A stretch of DNA of 64,000 bases from Histomonas meleagridis 2922-C6/04-290x (GCA_020184695.1 JAANOX010000034.1:543118-607117); one strand, 5' to 3'. Counted from the stretch's first letter, positions 1-10,631 are shown. Notes: generated by a model from the sequence alone, not told the origin. A program made the numbers and translations.

Positions 1-1890
1 CAATGTGCACGTGTTGGACAATTTATTGATGAAGAATTCGATGGAATACAAATCAATAATTATCCATCATTAATTAAATCAAATGAACTTAAATCAATTA
101 TGAAAATATTTTTGGATTTCGTTAATCAAAATGATATTGAAGAAACGCCAATTAAAGAACTTTATATACTTTTCATTATAATTCTTCAAGTTAATTCATT
201 ATTGTTTAAACAAACAGATGATTTAATGCAAGAATCAAATAAATCAAAAGTAAATCAGCAATTAAATGATGAAAAACTTCAAATCGAATTGGAATTAAAT
301 CAAATGAAAAATAAATTAGAAAAATCAAATGAAATTATTGGTAATTTAATTGAAGTCGATTCATCATTTGATTTCTTTGAGAATTTTAATGATTTCGTCG
401 AGATATTTAATGAAATTAATAAACAAAATGAAGAAAACAAATCGTTAATAAATGATTTGGAAGAAAATAATAATGAAAACAATGAAAGAATTAAACAATT
501 AGAAAACATTAAAGAAAAAATCGAAAATTCAAATAAAAAATTGTTATATGATAATAACGTTTTACTTGAAAAAATTAAAAAAGATAAAATGGAAAATAAT
601 GAAAAGATACAAAAACTAAATCAACAAAAAGAAACTTTAAATGATATGATAACTGAACAAGAGAAACAAATAAATGAAATAATAAAAACGAAATCCGAAA
701 AAATAACAAAATTCAAAGAACAAAATCAAAAACTTGAGACGACAAACAAAGAAATGAATTCCAAAAACAAAACATTAGAATTAAATAATCAAATTATATC
801 TAATGAAAACAATACTTTAAAGTCACAAATTAATACATTACTAAAAGAAAATGAAAAAATTCGAAATGAAAATCTAAAACTTCAACAAAAGAATACACAA
901 ATTAAAGAACAAAATCAAAAACTTAAAAATATTAATACTGAAACACTTGAAAACATTAAAGAACAAAACAAATCATTACATAAGTTATATGATAATCGTG
1001 TTTCATCGCTTGAAACTAAAGTCAATGAATATCAAATTAATAATAAAGAATTAGAAGAAACAATTAAAACATTACAAAGTAAAATAACGCAATCACAAAA
1101 TGAACTTTCGAACATGAAAATTAATGAACTTAAATTGAAATGTAATATATCGAAATTAAATGAACAACTTCAACTTAATGATAACTTATATAACACTAAA
1201 CTTAAAACATCACAGTTTGTAACAGAACAAAAAGTTAATGAAAATGAACAAAAAATTAAAGATATTAATAATATGTTATTACAAATTATAAAAAATAATT
1301 TTAATGTTCAAAAATTACAAAGTGAAAACTTAAACGAAACAATCGAAAAACTTTCGAAGTTACTTAAAGAATCAGAAATAAATCAAATTATTAAACTTAA
1401 GGAAACAATTGGAATTAATTCATTCATCGAATATTATAATGATATCCAAAACGAATTAGATGAGAAAAATTTGGTTTTAATTAACAATGAAAATAAAATT
1501 AATAAACTTGCAAAACAATTAAAGAAAATGTTGAAAGAAAAAGAAAACTCCGATAAATTAATCGATGAATGTCGAACATGGAATAAATGGGCAAATTCAT
1601 TGTACTATCAAGTGACGGATATGAAAGTGTCGCAAAGGATAAATGGTAACGAGTTAAGACATTCGTTGGAAGAATTGGTGTATAATTCGATTGGTAATAG
1701 AGCGTTACATAGGAAATTGGAATTGTTGAGAACGCAAAAACAAGTGCTGAAGTCAAATAAGTTCGCGCCGATATTGTACGCAAAGATAAATAGAGAAACG
1801 AACTCACTGAGGCCAATAATTCTGACTGCAATGTGCTTGAATAGACTCAAAAAAAGAGGCGGAAACGCACTGAGTAATTATGTTAAATAA
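1..1890 (+). CDS. Long coiled-coil protein, 5'-partial (frame is open from base 1)
   Basis: Frame of ORF 100..1890 has no stop back to position 1 (QCARVGQFIDEEF...); K/E/N/Q-rich heptad-like sequence; conserved-looking C-terminal WNKWANSLY segment. Confidence 0.8.
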   Translation, partial: QCARVGQFIDEEFDGIQINNYPSLIKSNELKSIMKIFLDFVNQNDIEETPIKELYILFIIILQVNSLLFKQTDDLMQESNKSKVNQQLNDEKLQIELELNQMKNKLEKSNEIIGNLIEVDSSFDFFENFNDFVEIFNEINKQNEENKSLINDLEENNNENNERIKQLENIKEKIENSNKKLLYDNNVLLEKIKKDKMENNEKIQKLNQQKETLNDMITEQEKQINEIIKTKSEKITKFKEQNQKLETTNKEMNSKNKTLELNNQIISNENNTLKSQINTLLKENEKIRNENLKLQQKNTQIKEQNQKLKNINTETLENIKEQNKSLHKLYDNRVSSLETKVNEYQINNKELEETIKTLQSKITQSQNELSNMKINELKLKCNISKLNEQLQLNDNLYNTKLKTSQFVTEQKVNENEQKIKDINNMLLQIIKNNFNVQKLQSENLNETIEKLSKLLKESEINQIIKLKETIGINSFIEYYNDIQNELDEKNLVLINNENKINKLAKQLKKMLKEKENSDKLIDECRTWNKWANSLYYQVTDMKVSQRINGNELRHSLEELVYNSIGNRALHRKLELLRTQKQVLKSNKFAPILYAKINRETNSLRPIILTAMCLNRLKKRGGNALSNYVK

Positions 1891-2264
1891 ACAAAAGTTT
1901 CTGAATAATAAAAGAAAATATTTTGAACATTAAATGTGTCAGACAATCTAATAAAGTATGTATTTTCTCCTTAAAATGTTGAATCTCCAGTTAACTGAGT
2001 TTCTGTACTATCCCTGAGAACATTTCCATGGTGAACAACTTATGAAATACAAATTAATGTTATTAAAAGTTGATATATATTTTTTTTGTCAAAATGCTTA
2101 TAATCTTAAAGATATCCGAATATTTCTATTATTCAAACATTAAAATATGTAACAATCAAATACAATTTAATTCCGTAAACCCATTTTTTCTTTGCTCTCT
2201 ATTAAATGTTTTTTATGTAAAACGTTTAAACTTATGTAAAAAAGGATTACAATCCGAATAACAT

Positions 2265-3155
2265 TTATTTAACATTTATCTTCACCAGTCTTGCTGATCT
2301 TGGTGAAACAATGATCGGCTTCGGCGGTTTCTTCACATCACCTACTAAAAAGTGCTGTTTACGATTAATTTCGATACAATTTGATTTGACTGACATGTCA
2401 CTTTTGTACTTTTCGTCGAGTTTTCTGAGCGCTTCTTCTCTTTCGTTGTTTAGTAGCAGTATTTCTCTTTTGTGTCTATCTGTCAATTGCTTTCTAAGTC
2501 TTTTTACGTCTGCGCGTGGAGGTGAATGATGTACTGTTTGCATACGAGATGCAGTTGCAATAGCTCTGACTTTAAACGTTGGTGACGATGTGTATGAGTC
2601 AGGAATAACTTTTACGACCTTGGGCGTGGTCTTTACCATGTTTGAAATTCCATTCCTTGTATCAAATGCTTTGAGTTCTTTTGAATGTTTTTCAAGTAAT
2701 TTTTTGATTTTGATTCTGTACTTCTCTTGTTCACACTCAACAGCCTTTGCCCATGCTTGAGACTCTTTTTCTAAATCTTCTTTTGCTTGAGAGATTTGTG
2801 CATCATTTACATTAATTGTTTCTTCAATTAAATTTTCAGGGTGAAAAATAGGAGGCATTAATTTCTTTGTAGTGTTAAGATCGAAATTGGTTGTAAAATT
2901 TTTATTTTCGGTTGAATCTTGATAATATGGTTGATAAGATTCTGGATTATCAGAAAAATCTTCATCATCATCTGAATGAGTTATTACATATGATTCATCA
3001 GGATAAATATCTTCATCACTATCATCTTTAGTTCTTGGTGATTGTGCAAGAAATTGTGGAGGGAAGAAATGTCTACGATAAAACTCATTAGAATTCTGAG
3101 GGACATGGACTTCGTCAATTACAATCGGCCCGTTGGATTGCATTTGCGAGCTCAT
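2265..3155 (-). CDS. Hypothetical protein with acidic N-terminal region and coiled-coil segments
   Basis: 296-aa ATG-initiated ORF in AT-rich DNA; no recognised domain. Confidence 0.75.
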   Translation of the reverse strand: MSSQMQSNGPIVIDEVHVPQNSNEFYRRHFFPPQFLAQSPRTKDDSDEDIYPDESYVITHSDDDEDFSDNPESYQPYYQDSTENKNFTTNFDLNTTKKLMPPIFHPENLIEETINVNDAQISQAKEDLEKESQAWAKAVECEQEKYRIKIKKLLEKHSKELKAFDTRNGISNMVKTTPKVVKVIPDSYTSSPTFKVRAIATASRMQTVHHSPPRADVKRLRKQLTDRHKREILLLNNEREEALRKLDEKYKSDMSVKSNCIEINRKQHFLVGDVKKPPKPIIVSPRSARLVKINVK

Positions 3156-3442
3156 GATGTGTATTTCTGGAACGGATTTAAACTGACGATTTTATAAATA
3201 TTTTTTTATATAAATTTTTTGAACTATATAATTGAAAACAATTAGCATTACTAAAATAATAATTATTTCTATAATATAAATTTTCTAATTACTCTAAATA
3301 TAGATTAATATATATATATTATGTTAAGATAATTCGATTTTGATCAAATCTGACTAGATACTTTTTGTGTGGATTGAATTCAGGTGTAAACCTCACGCAC
3401 AAAAACCGTCGGAAGTGGACTTTTTTATTTGATAAATTTTAA

Positions 3443-5122
3443 ATGACTGAAGAAGCTGTCTTTCGGATTGCTCCATTACCAACATATGCGCCAAAATACA
3501 TGACAACAAAAGCAATCACTGTTGGTAAAAATGTTGTAGATTATATAAAGAAAAGTATGGGAGTTACAGTTCCAGAAGCATTTATTCAAAGTTGTGATCA
3601 ATTAGATCAATTAAGAATTACATTCTCTTCTAAGTATGAAACAATTGAAAATGTTGCTGCTTTTGCAGATTATAATCATTTACTTCGTTCAGTAACAAAA
3701 GATGTGAATCTTGAGGAAGCAAAAATTTCATTCAAATGGGATAAAGGAAGTGGTGGCGTTGATTTTGAAATATGTTGCATGGGTTGTAATATTGTTAATG
3801 GTCTTCTTGCTTCAGCATCTCAAATTTCACTATCAGAATTAGCAGGATTACAACCATTTGTTTCAAAAATTGTTACTGCTCGAGGTATAATGAACAAGTT
3901 ATTAGAGATGTATGACCCATCTTTTGCTCCTACTCTCAAAGAAGATTATATCAATAACATTTCTTGTTACATAGACGCTTTTTATGCACACGCAACTGTT
4001 GCCACTATAGCTCTGAAGTCACCAACAAAGTATGTACTCTATTCTAGGGTTGCCAAAGCTGCCAGTGAAAAATATCAATTATGTTCACAAATTCCATATT
4101 CAATTTATTTCGATGTACTTGCAAATGTTCGTATGTCAGAGAATTGCATTGAAGGATCAGAATATGGCAAAGCAATTGCATATGGCACAAAAGCGCAACA
4201 ATTAATTCCAAGCACATTATCCAGCAAAGAAAAGAAAACAGCGCAGAAGCTTGTCGACACCATTTTTGCGCCATTTAGAGCCAAATTTGATCAATGTGAG
4301 CGTGACAACACACAATTATATTTAGATCCAATTCCAAAAGAACTCGATGAAATTCAACCAGCGGCTAACCAATGCCCACCCAAGTTTAACTGGGAGAGTA
4401 CAGCCCAAGTATCACCCATCCAAGATTCGATATCTGGATCATCAAATGAAAGGATCAATCAAAAGTTCGAAAACATCAAATCCCAAACCACTAACTGTAT
4501 GCGTGACATAGATGCCTTCTTAGCCCAATCACCTGCTACTTTCACGCGCGACATTTCCGAAATTCAGCATCAAATGGCGACCGTTAGGAACGAAGTTCAA
4601 CAAATTGCACGATTAGTCGAAGATAAGCTCCGAGTTGATCACCAACGCATCCAGCAAGGTTATCCTAATGCTTATACACATTATAACACGCTTGCGCCAT
4701 TACTTGGCGAAGCCGTATCAATTGATCAAATATATGAACAAGAAATTAATCGAATCAATGAAGTCACCAAACGATTTGAAGGCGCACCACAACGCTTAAA
4801 TAGTGCCAAGAACGATATCCAGTTACAAATTACACATGCGCAACAAATTTTCGACGATGCGATGGGCGCATTACAAAACGAATCGAACGCGCAAGCAATA
4901 ATGTCGATTGCAGCAAAGGCATGCAATGATTTAGATGGCGTTATGTCTGCGCTGAATCCGATCTTTGACTTTGTGCAAGGATTTTCATGCGACTTGCAAA
5001 GGGCTGCCGAAGAGTGCCCAAAGATGGGCGCCGTGGTCGAAGGACTTAAGGGCGGAGTCGTGTGCTACGAAAGGCTGCGAAGTAACTTCTCTAAAATGGT
5101 CGGAAAGATTGAATCAGTCTAA
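3443..5122 (+). CDS. BRO1-domain (Alix/Bro1-like) protein
   Basis: 559 aa; ISFKW, FEICCMGCNI and ERDNTQLYLDPIP (cf. KDNDFIY..VP) resemble BRO1 landmarks, followed by a helical V-domain-like region. Confidence 0.65.
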   Translation: MTEEAVFRIAPLPTYAPKYMTTKAITVGKNVVDYIKKSMGVTVPEAFIQSCDQLDQLRITFSSKYETIENVAAFADYNHLLRSVTKDVNLEEAKISFKWDKGSGGVDFEICCMGCNIVNGLLASASQISLSELAGLQPFVSKIVTARGIMNKLLEMYDPSFAPTLKEDYINNISCYIDAFYAHATVATIALKSPTKYVLYSRVAKAASEKYQLCSQIPYSIYFDVLANVRMSENCIEGSEYGKAIAYGTKAQQLIPSTLSSKEKKTAQKLVDTIFAPFRAKFDQCERDNTQLYLDPIPKELDEIQPAANQCPPKFNWESTAQVSPIQDSISGSSNERINQKFENIKSQTTNCMRDIDAFLAQSPATFTRDISEIQHQMATVRNEVQQIARLVEDKLRVDHQRIQQGYPNAYTHYNTLAPLLGEAVSIDQIYEQEINRINEVTKRFEGAPQRLNSAKNDIQLQITHAQQIFDDAMGALQNESNAQAIMSIAAKACNDLDGVMSALNPIFDFVQGFSCDLQRAAEECPKMGAVVEGLKGGVVCYERLRSNFSKMVGKIESV

Positions 5123-5916
5123 TAAACGATTTAATTTGGAAATTTTTGACGATAAATTCCGTTTTGTGCACTATGCAATCGTTTGTTGTCGTGATGTGCA
5201 AAGATCTGTTCGAAGGAGGTATTGTTGCTTCAGACAAATGCTAATATGTAAACCAATATGTTAAGTGTCCTGTTTGCTAACTGGTTCTGCTGATACAAAA
5301 CTTAAGAAGAACAATCCTTTATGATTCATTAAATGTAATGGAACTCCATGAGAAAAAAATCCCTTAGATGAAATTCCATATAACTTTGTAGGTCATATTT
5401 GCCAAAATTAATTGATGATGGAAATACAAAGTCATCAATTACGAGAAGGAAAAATTTAAAATTGAATATTTTCATTCAAAACTTACCTTAAAAAAACACA
5501 CTTAAAATATGGATTTATGTAATGAATCATTTTATTTCAAGTCTTGAAAATGTATGGAGAAAAATTGATTTTCATGATTTTAACGTACAATTTTCGACCG
5601 TTTATTTATCCGATACATCCCATAGGCAACATTAAATTAAGATGGAGTCAACCAACGATCCTATTTACAGAATTTCTTTTAAATATAAAATTATATGCAC
5701 AATCAATAATACTGATCATGCTACCTTAAATAACCTTCATACACAATTATACAGCAAAATATTTATATTTTTAATTTTTAGAATTTATTTGAAAATTTTG
5801 TAAAAAAAATCATAATTTTGGTTATTCAATTTCCGTGTAAAGTATTTAAAAGTTCAATTGAATACATAAATGGAGTCCCTCATGCTTGAATTGACAAAGC
5901 TTTGTTAGGCTGTATT

Positions 5917-6396
5917 TTATTTCTTTGCAAAGAAAGCTATGTTGTCACACATGACTTCTTCTAAATGTTTTAAGAAAGGTTTTATTATCTCATAATTAAC
6001 TTTATTTAATATTAGATAATCATAATGTCTATAATAACTCAATATTTCTGGATCATTACTATAAAAAGCTAATCCTTTAACAGTAAATAATAATGTATTT
6101 TCAAAATAAATATCCCATAATGAAACCATTTTTATTCTTCTTTTATTTCCTTTTTTTATAATTCTTTCTCCAACAATTATTTTTATTAACTTTTCTTTAG
6201 CAGTTCTTTCATTAGTATAACTGACTTTTACATAACAATTTATAGCATCATAATATTTGAATAAGAACACTTCTGGTGTTGAATCACTTACTAAGAATAC
6301 TTTTTTAATATCTAATATTACATCTGATTTATTCAGATCATAAGGATATTTTTTTCTAATATCATTAAAATTAAAGTTAGAATTAATATCGATCAT
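5917..6396 (-). pseudogene. Truncated relic resembling the region upstream of a D5-like/SF3 helicase of Maverick/Polinton- or virus-like elements
   Basis: KGLAFYSNDPEILSYYRHYDY...VNYEIIKPFLKHLEEVMCD resembles the pre-Walker-A segment of such proteins (from memory); ORF ends before any P-loop. Confidence 0.4.
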
Positions 6397-6745
6397 CCTT
6401 TAGTAAAAATAAATTATTTTTTTTTAAACCAAAAACCGTTATAAAGTTCTTTTTAAAGTTCCTTCAGGAGAACCTTTTACTGACTACATTCCTTTTTCAT
6501 ATTTAAGAGCGAACAGACCTGGAGAAATGAGTGATCTTGATATAGAATTCCTTTATAACTTTCACTTCTATTCTGATTTATTTTTACATTACTGACATTA
6601 CACATTACATGTGTTAATAGTATATATATTTAACAGTTAATTTTTTATTAACGGCTACTTTGTGGCCTATTAAATAATTATTTTTTAAAAGTAATGATTT
6701 TCAAATTATATGTTTATGCATTTGAATTTAACATATAATTATTTT

Positions 6746-9434
6746 CTATCTATATTTTTCAAGTAATTTTATAATTTCAATATCCCCTTTCTTAGTTGCA
6801 TATGTAAAAGCTGTTTCTTTCATTTGATTGAAATTCCAAATTTGATTTTATAATTTTAATTATTAAATTGATAAATCTTTTAAAATATTTGAACATCTTT
6901 CATATTTATATCAATATTATCATTTTTAAGTAATATTTTAATAACTTCAATCTTTTTATTCTCAATCGCTTTGATAAGTGCTGTTTTATAAAATTTAATG
7001 ATTTTCCAAATATAATTTTGATATCCAAAAAATTTCATAGAAAAATTATTATCAAAAAATAAATATTTTTAGCATTAATATCAATTCCTTTATGTTCAAG
7101 AAGTAATTTGACTATTTCTGTGTGGCCTTTTTCAGATGCTTTAATAAGTGTTGTATTAAATAATTTAAATAATTTCCAAATATTATTTCAAAATAAAAAA
7201 TTATTAAAATGAATATCAAATAGAACAATTAAATAGTTTTAGCATTAATATCAATTCCTTTATGTTCAAGAAGTAATTTAACTATTTCCGTATGACCACT
7301 TTCAGATGCTAAAATAAGTGCTGTTCTAAATAATTTAAATAATTTCCAAATATAATTTTAAAATAGGAAATTATATAATCAAATCTCAAATAAAACAAAT
7401 AAATATCTTTAGCATTAATATCAATTTCTTTATGTTCAAGAAGTAATTTAACTATTTCTATATAATTATTGAAAGATGCAATCATAAGTGCTGTCCAAAA
7501 TGATTTAAATAAATTCCAAATAGTATTTTGAAATATCAAATTATTAAAATAAATACCAAATAAAACAAATAAATATTTTTTTTTCATTAATATTAATTCC
7601 TTTATGTTCAAGAAGTAATTTGACTATTTCTGTGTGACCTTTTTTTCAGATGCTAAAATAAGTGCTGTTTTAAATAATTTAAATAAATTCTAAATATTAT
7701 TTTTAAACATCAAATTATAAAAATAAATCTTAAATAAAACAAATAAATATTTTTAGCATTAATATCAATTTCTTTATGTTCAAGAAGTAATTTAACTATT
7801 TCTATATAATTATTGAAAGATGCAATCATAAGTGCTGTCCAAAATGATTTAAATAAATTCCAAATAGTATTTTGAAATATCAAATTATTAAAATAAATAC
7901 CAAATAAAAACAAATAAATATTTTTTAACATTAATATTAATTCCTTTTATGTTCAAGAAGTAATTTGACTATTTCTGTGTGACCTTTTTCAGATGCTAAA
8001 ATAAGTGCTGTTTTTTAAATAATTTAAATAAATTCTAAATATTATTTTTAAACATCAAATTATAAAAAAATAAATCTTAAATAAAACAAATAAATATTTT
8101 TAGCATTAATATCAATTTCTTTATGTTCAAGAAGTAATTTAACTATTTCTATATAATTATTGAAAGATGCAATCATAAGTGCTGTCCAAAATGATTTAAA
8201 TAAATTCCAAATAGTATTTTGAAATATCAAATTATTAAAATAAATACCAAATAAAACAAATAAATATTTTTAGCATTAATATTAATTCCTTTATGTTCAA
8301 GAAGTAATTTGACTATTTCTGTGTGACCTTTTTCAGATGCTAAAATAAGTGCTGTTTTAAATAATTTAAATAAATTCTAAATATTATTTTTTTAAACATC
8401 AAATTATAAAAATAAATCTTAAATAAAACAAATAAATATTTTTAGCATTAATATCAATTTCTTTATGTTCAAGAAGTAATTTAACTATTTCTATATAATT
8501 ATTGAAAGATGCAATCATAAGTGCTGTCCAAAATGATTTAAATAAATTCCAAATAGTATTTTGAAATATCAAATTATTAAAATAAATACCAAATAAAACA
8601 AATAAATATTTTTAGCATTAATATTAATTCCTTTATGTTCAAGAAGTAATTTGACTATTTCTGTGTGACCTTTTTCAGATGCTAAAATAAGTGCTGTTTT
8701 AAATAATTTAAATAAATTCTAAATATTATTTTTAAACATCAAATTATAAAAATAAATCTTAAATAAAACAAATAAATATTTTTAGCATTAATATCAATTT
8801 CTTTATGTTCAAGAAGTAATTTAACTATTTCTATATAATTATTGAAAGATGCAATCATAAGTGCTGTCCAAAATGATTTAAATAAATTCCAAATAGTATT
8901 TTGAAATATCAAATTATAAAAATAAATATTTTTAGCATTAATATCAATTCCTTTTTGTTCAAGAAGTAATTTAACTATTTCTGTGCGATCTTTTTCAGAT
9001 GCTTTAATAAGTGCTGTTTCAAATAATTTAAATGATTTCCAAATATTATTTTGAAACATCAAATTAATAAAACAAGCATAAAGTTTAAAAATTAAATATT
9101 TTTAGCATTAATATCAATTCCTTTTTGTTCAAGAAGTAATTTAACGATTTCTGTGTGACCTTTTTCAGATTTTAAAATAAGTGCTGTATTAAATAATTTA
9201 AATAATTTCCAAATATTATTTTGAAACATCAAATTAATAAAACAAGCATAAAGTTTAAAAATTAAATATTTTTAGCATTAATATCAATTCCTTTTTGTTC
9301 AAGAAGTAATTTAACTAATTCATTTTTACCATTTTCTATTGCAAACATTAATGCTGTTCCAAAAAATTTAAAGAATTTTCAAATAATATTTTGATATAAA
9401 TCATTTACATAAACATTAAATGAAAGAAATATAT
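6746..9434 (-). repeat. Tandem array A: 93-nt ankyrin block plus ~77-nt spacer (170-nt period)
   Basis: Spacer lengths read 5'->3' on minus strand: 74,77,77,57,77,77,79,77,81,78,77,77,77,77,77,77. Confidence 0.95.
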
Positions 9435-10631
9435 AGTTTCCTGATTAATATCAAAAATATTTTCAGTAATTAAGTAATTAAAAAGTTCTTTATTATTATA
9501 AATGGATGAAATATCGTAAATATTTAATGGAAATGAATTTATTTTCAGGAAATATTGTAGAATGAATATATTTCCTGTTTCCAATGAAGTAGTGATTAAA
9601 AATTTAATGATATTCATTCCATTTTTTATCAAAAATAGAAGAATTTCATAGTTATGATATAGAATGCAAAACCTTCCTAAGTATTCCAAATTATTAAATT
9701 TTTCAATTTTGTTTTCATAAAGATAAAAAAATATATCATTTTTGTGAAATTTTATTGATATTTCATACGAGCCTTTAAATGATGAATGATTTTGTTCACA
9801 TAAATGAATGATTTCAAGATTTCCACCTGCAATTGCATATTTGCCTATATATTTTGTTTTAGCACCATTTATAAGTAAATATTTAAAACATTTAACTGAT
9901 GAAAAAAATGCTGCATAATCAATTAATGAAACTTCTTCATTAATAAAAGAACATCTTTCATAAAGTGATGGTTCGATTTTTTGATTAATGTTAAAATCAC
10001 TTTGTGATGATATTTCTTGAAGTTTTTCAATTTCATCATTTCGAATTATTTTTGCAATTTCATTTGGATTATGTCCTTCTTCAATGAATTGCTTATGAAG
10101 CTTAAAATCATTTTGTGAAAGTTTTTCATAATTATCTAAAATTTCATTTTGAAATTCGGATTTTGTTTGACATATTTCTTCTTTTGGAATGCGTTGAAGA
10201 AAATATATTGAGTTTTTAATTACAGTCATTTTTTCTTTAATTAACTTATTTTCAAGTAATTTATAAAGAATATAATAATATTCTTGTGTTTCAGTACAAA
10301 TTAGAAAATATTCAAAAATATTTATAATTTTATTTTTTGTTTCTTTATTTTCTTCTTCTTTGATTTGAAGTTGTCTTAAAAATTCACAAATTATGTTAAT
10401 ATTATAATTTCCTGATATGTAATATACATATATCATTTGACATATCAAAAGTTTAAATGAAAAAGGAAACTTATTATTTTCGAATACTAATATTGATTCA
10501 ACTGTTTTTGAAATATTATTTTCATCCACTTCAAAAATAAGCTTTTCGATTTGTTGTAATACTTCTATAGTGACTTCCGTTTTAACAATTCCTTTGGTTT
10601 GAACTTTTTCGTGTGAAATATTTCCTCCCAT
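6746..10631 (-). CDS. DUF3447-ankyrin gene A, interrupted by 16 spacers
   Basis: ORF 9405..10631 has DUF3447-type motifs (IRNDEIEKLQE, IDYAAFFSSVKCFKYLL, YAIAGGNLEII). Downstream are 15 ankyrin blocks (xTAL..AS..GH.EIVKLLLE.KGIDINAKD/N) and a terminal block ETAFTYATKKGDIEIIKLLEKYR with TAG at 6746-6748. Confidence 0.8.

Noticed and set aside
8701-8777. Spacers as ordinary GT-AG spliceosomal introns
   Set aside because: GT at positions 9-10 occurs in only some spacers (absent in 9191-9267, 15469-15545, 60330-60406 and the short class); there is no AG at a consistent 3' position, no ACTAAC and no U12 ATATCC signal.
7309-9062. Short minus-strand ORFs (7309, 7710, 8739, also 14663, 15441, 16306, 47200, 58976) as separate genes
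   Set aside because: Each is one or two ankyrin blocks plus translated spacer sequence from the arrays.
9021-9097. Internal microexon ATATTTGGA supplying I-F-G to give canonical D-I-F-G-x-T
   Set aside because: Attractive for TTTGGAA spacers, but GGA is AGA, GAA or AAA in many copies and it would need a second 17-nt non-canonical gap; kept only as a low-probability option.
6746-9434. Repeat-spacer arrays as CRISPR arrays
   Set aside because: The 93-nt units are ankyrin-coding, the spacers are homologous to each other rather than unique, the genome is eukaryotic and no cas genes are present.
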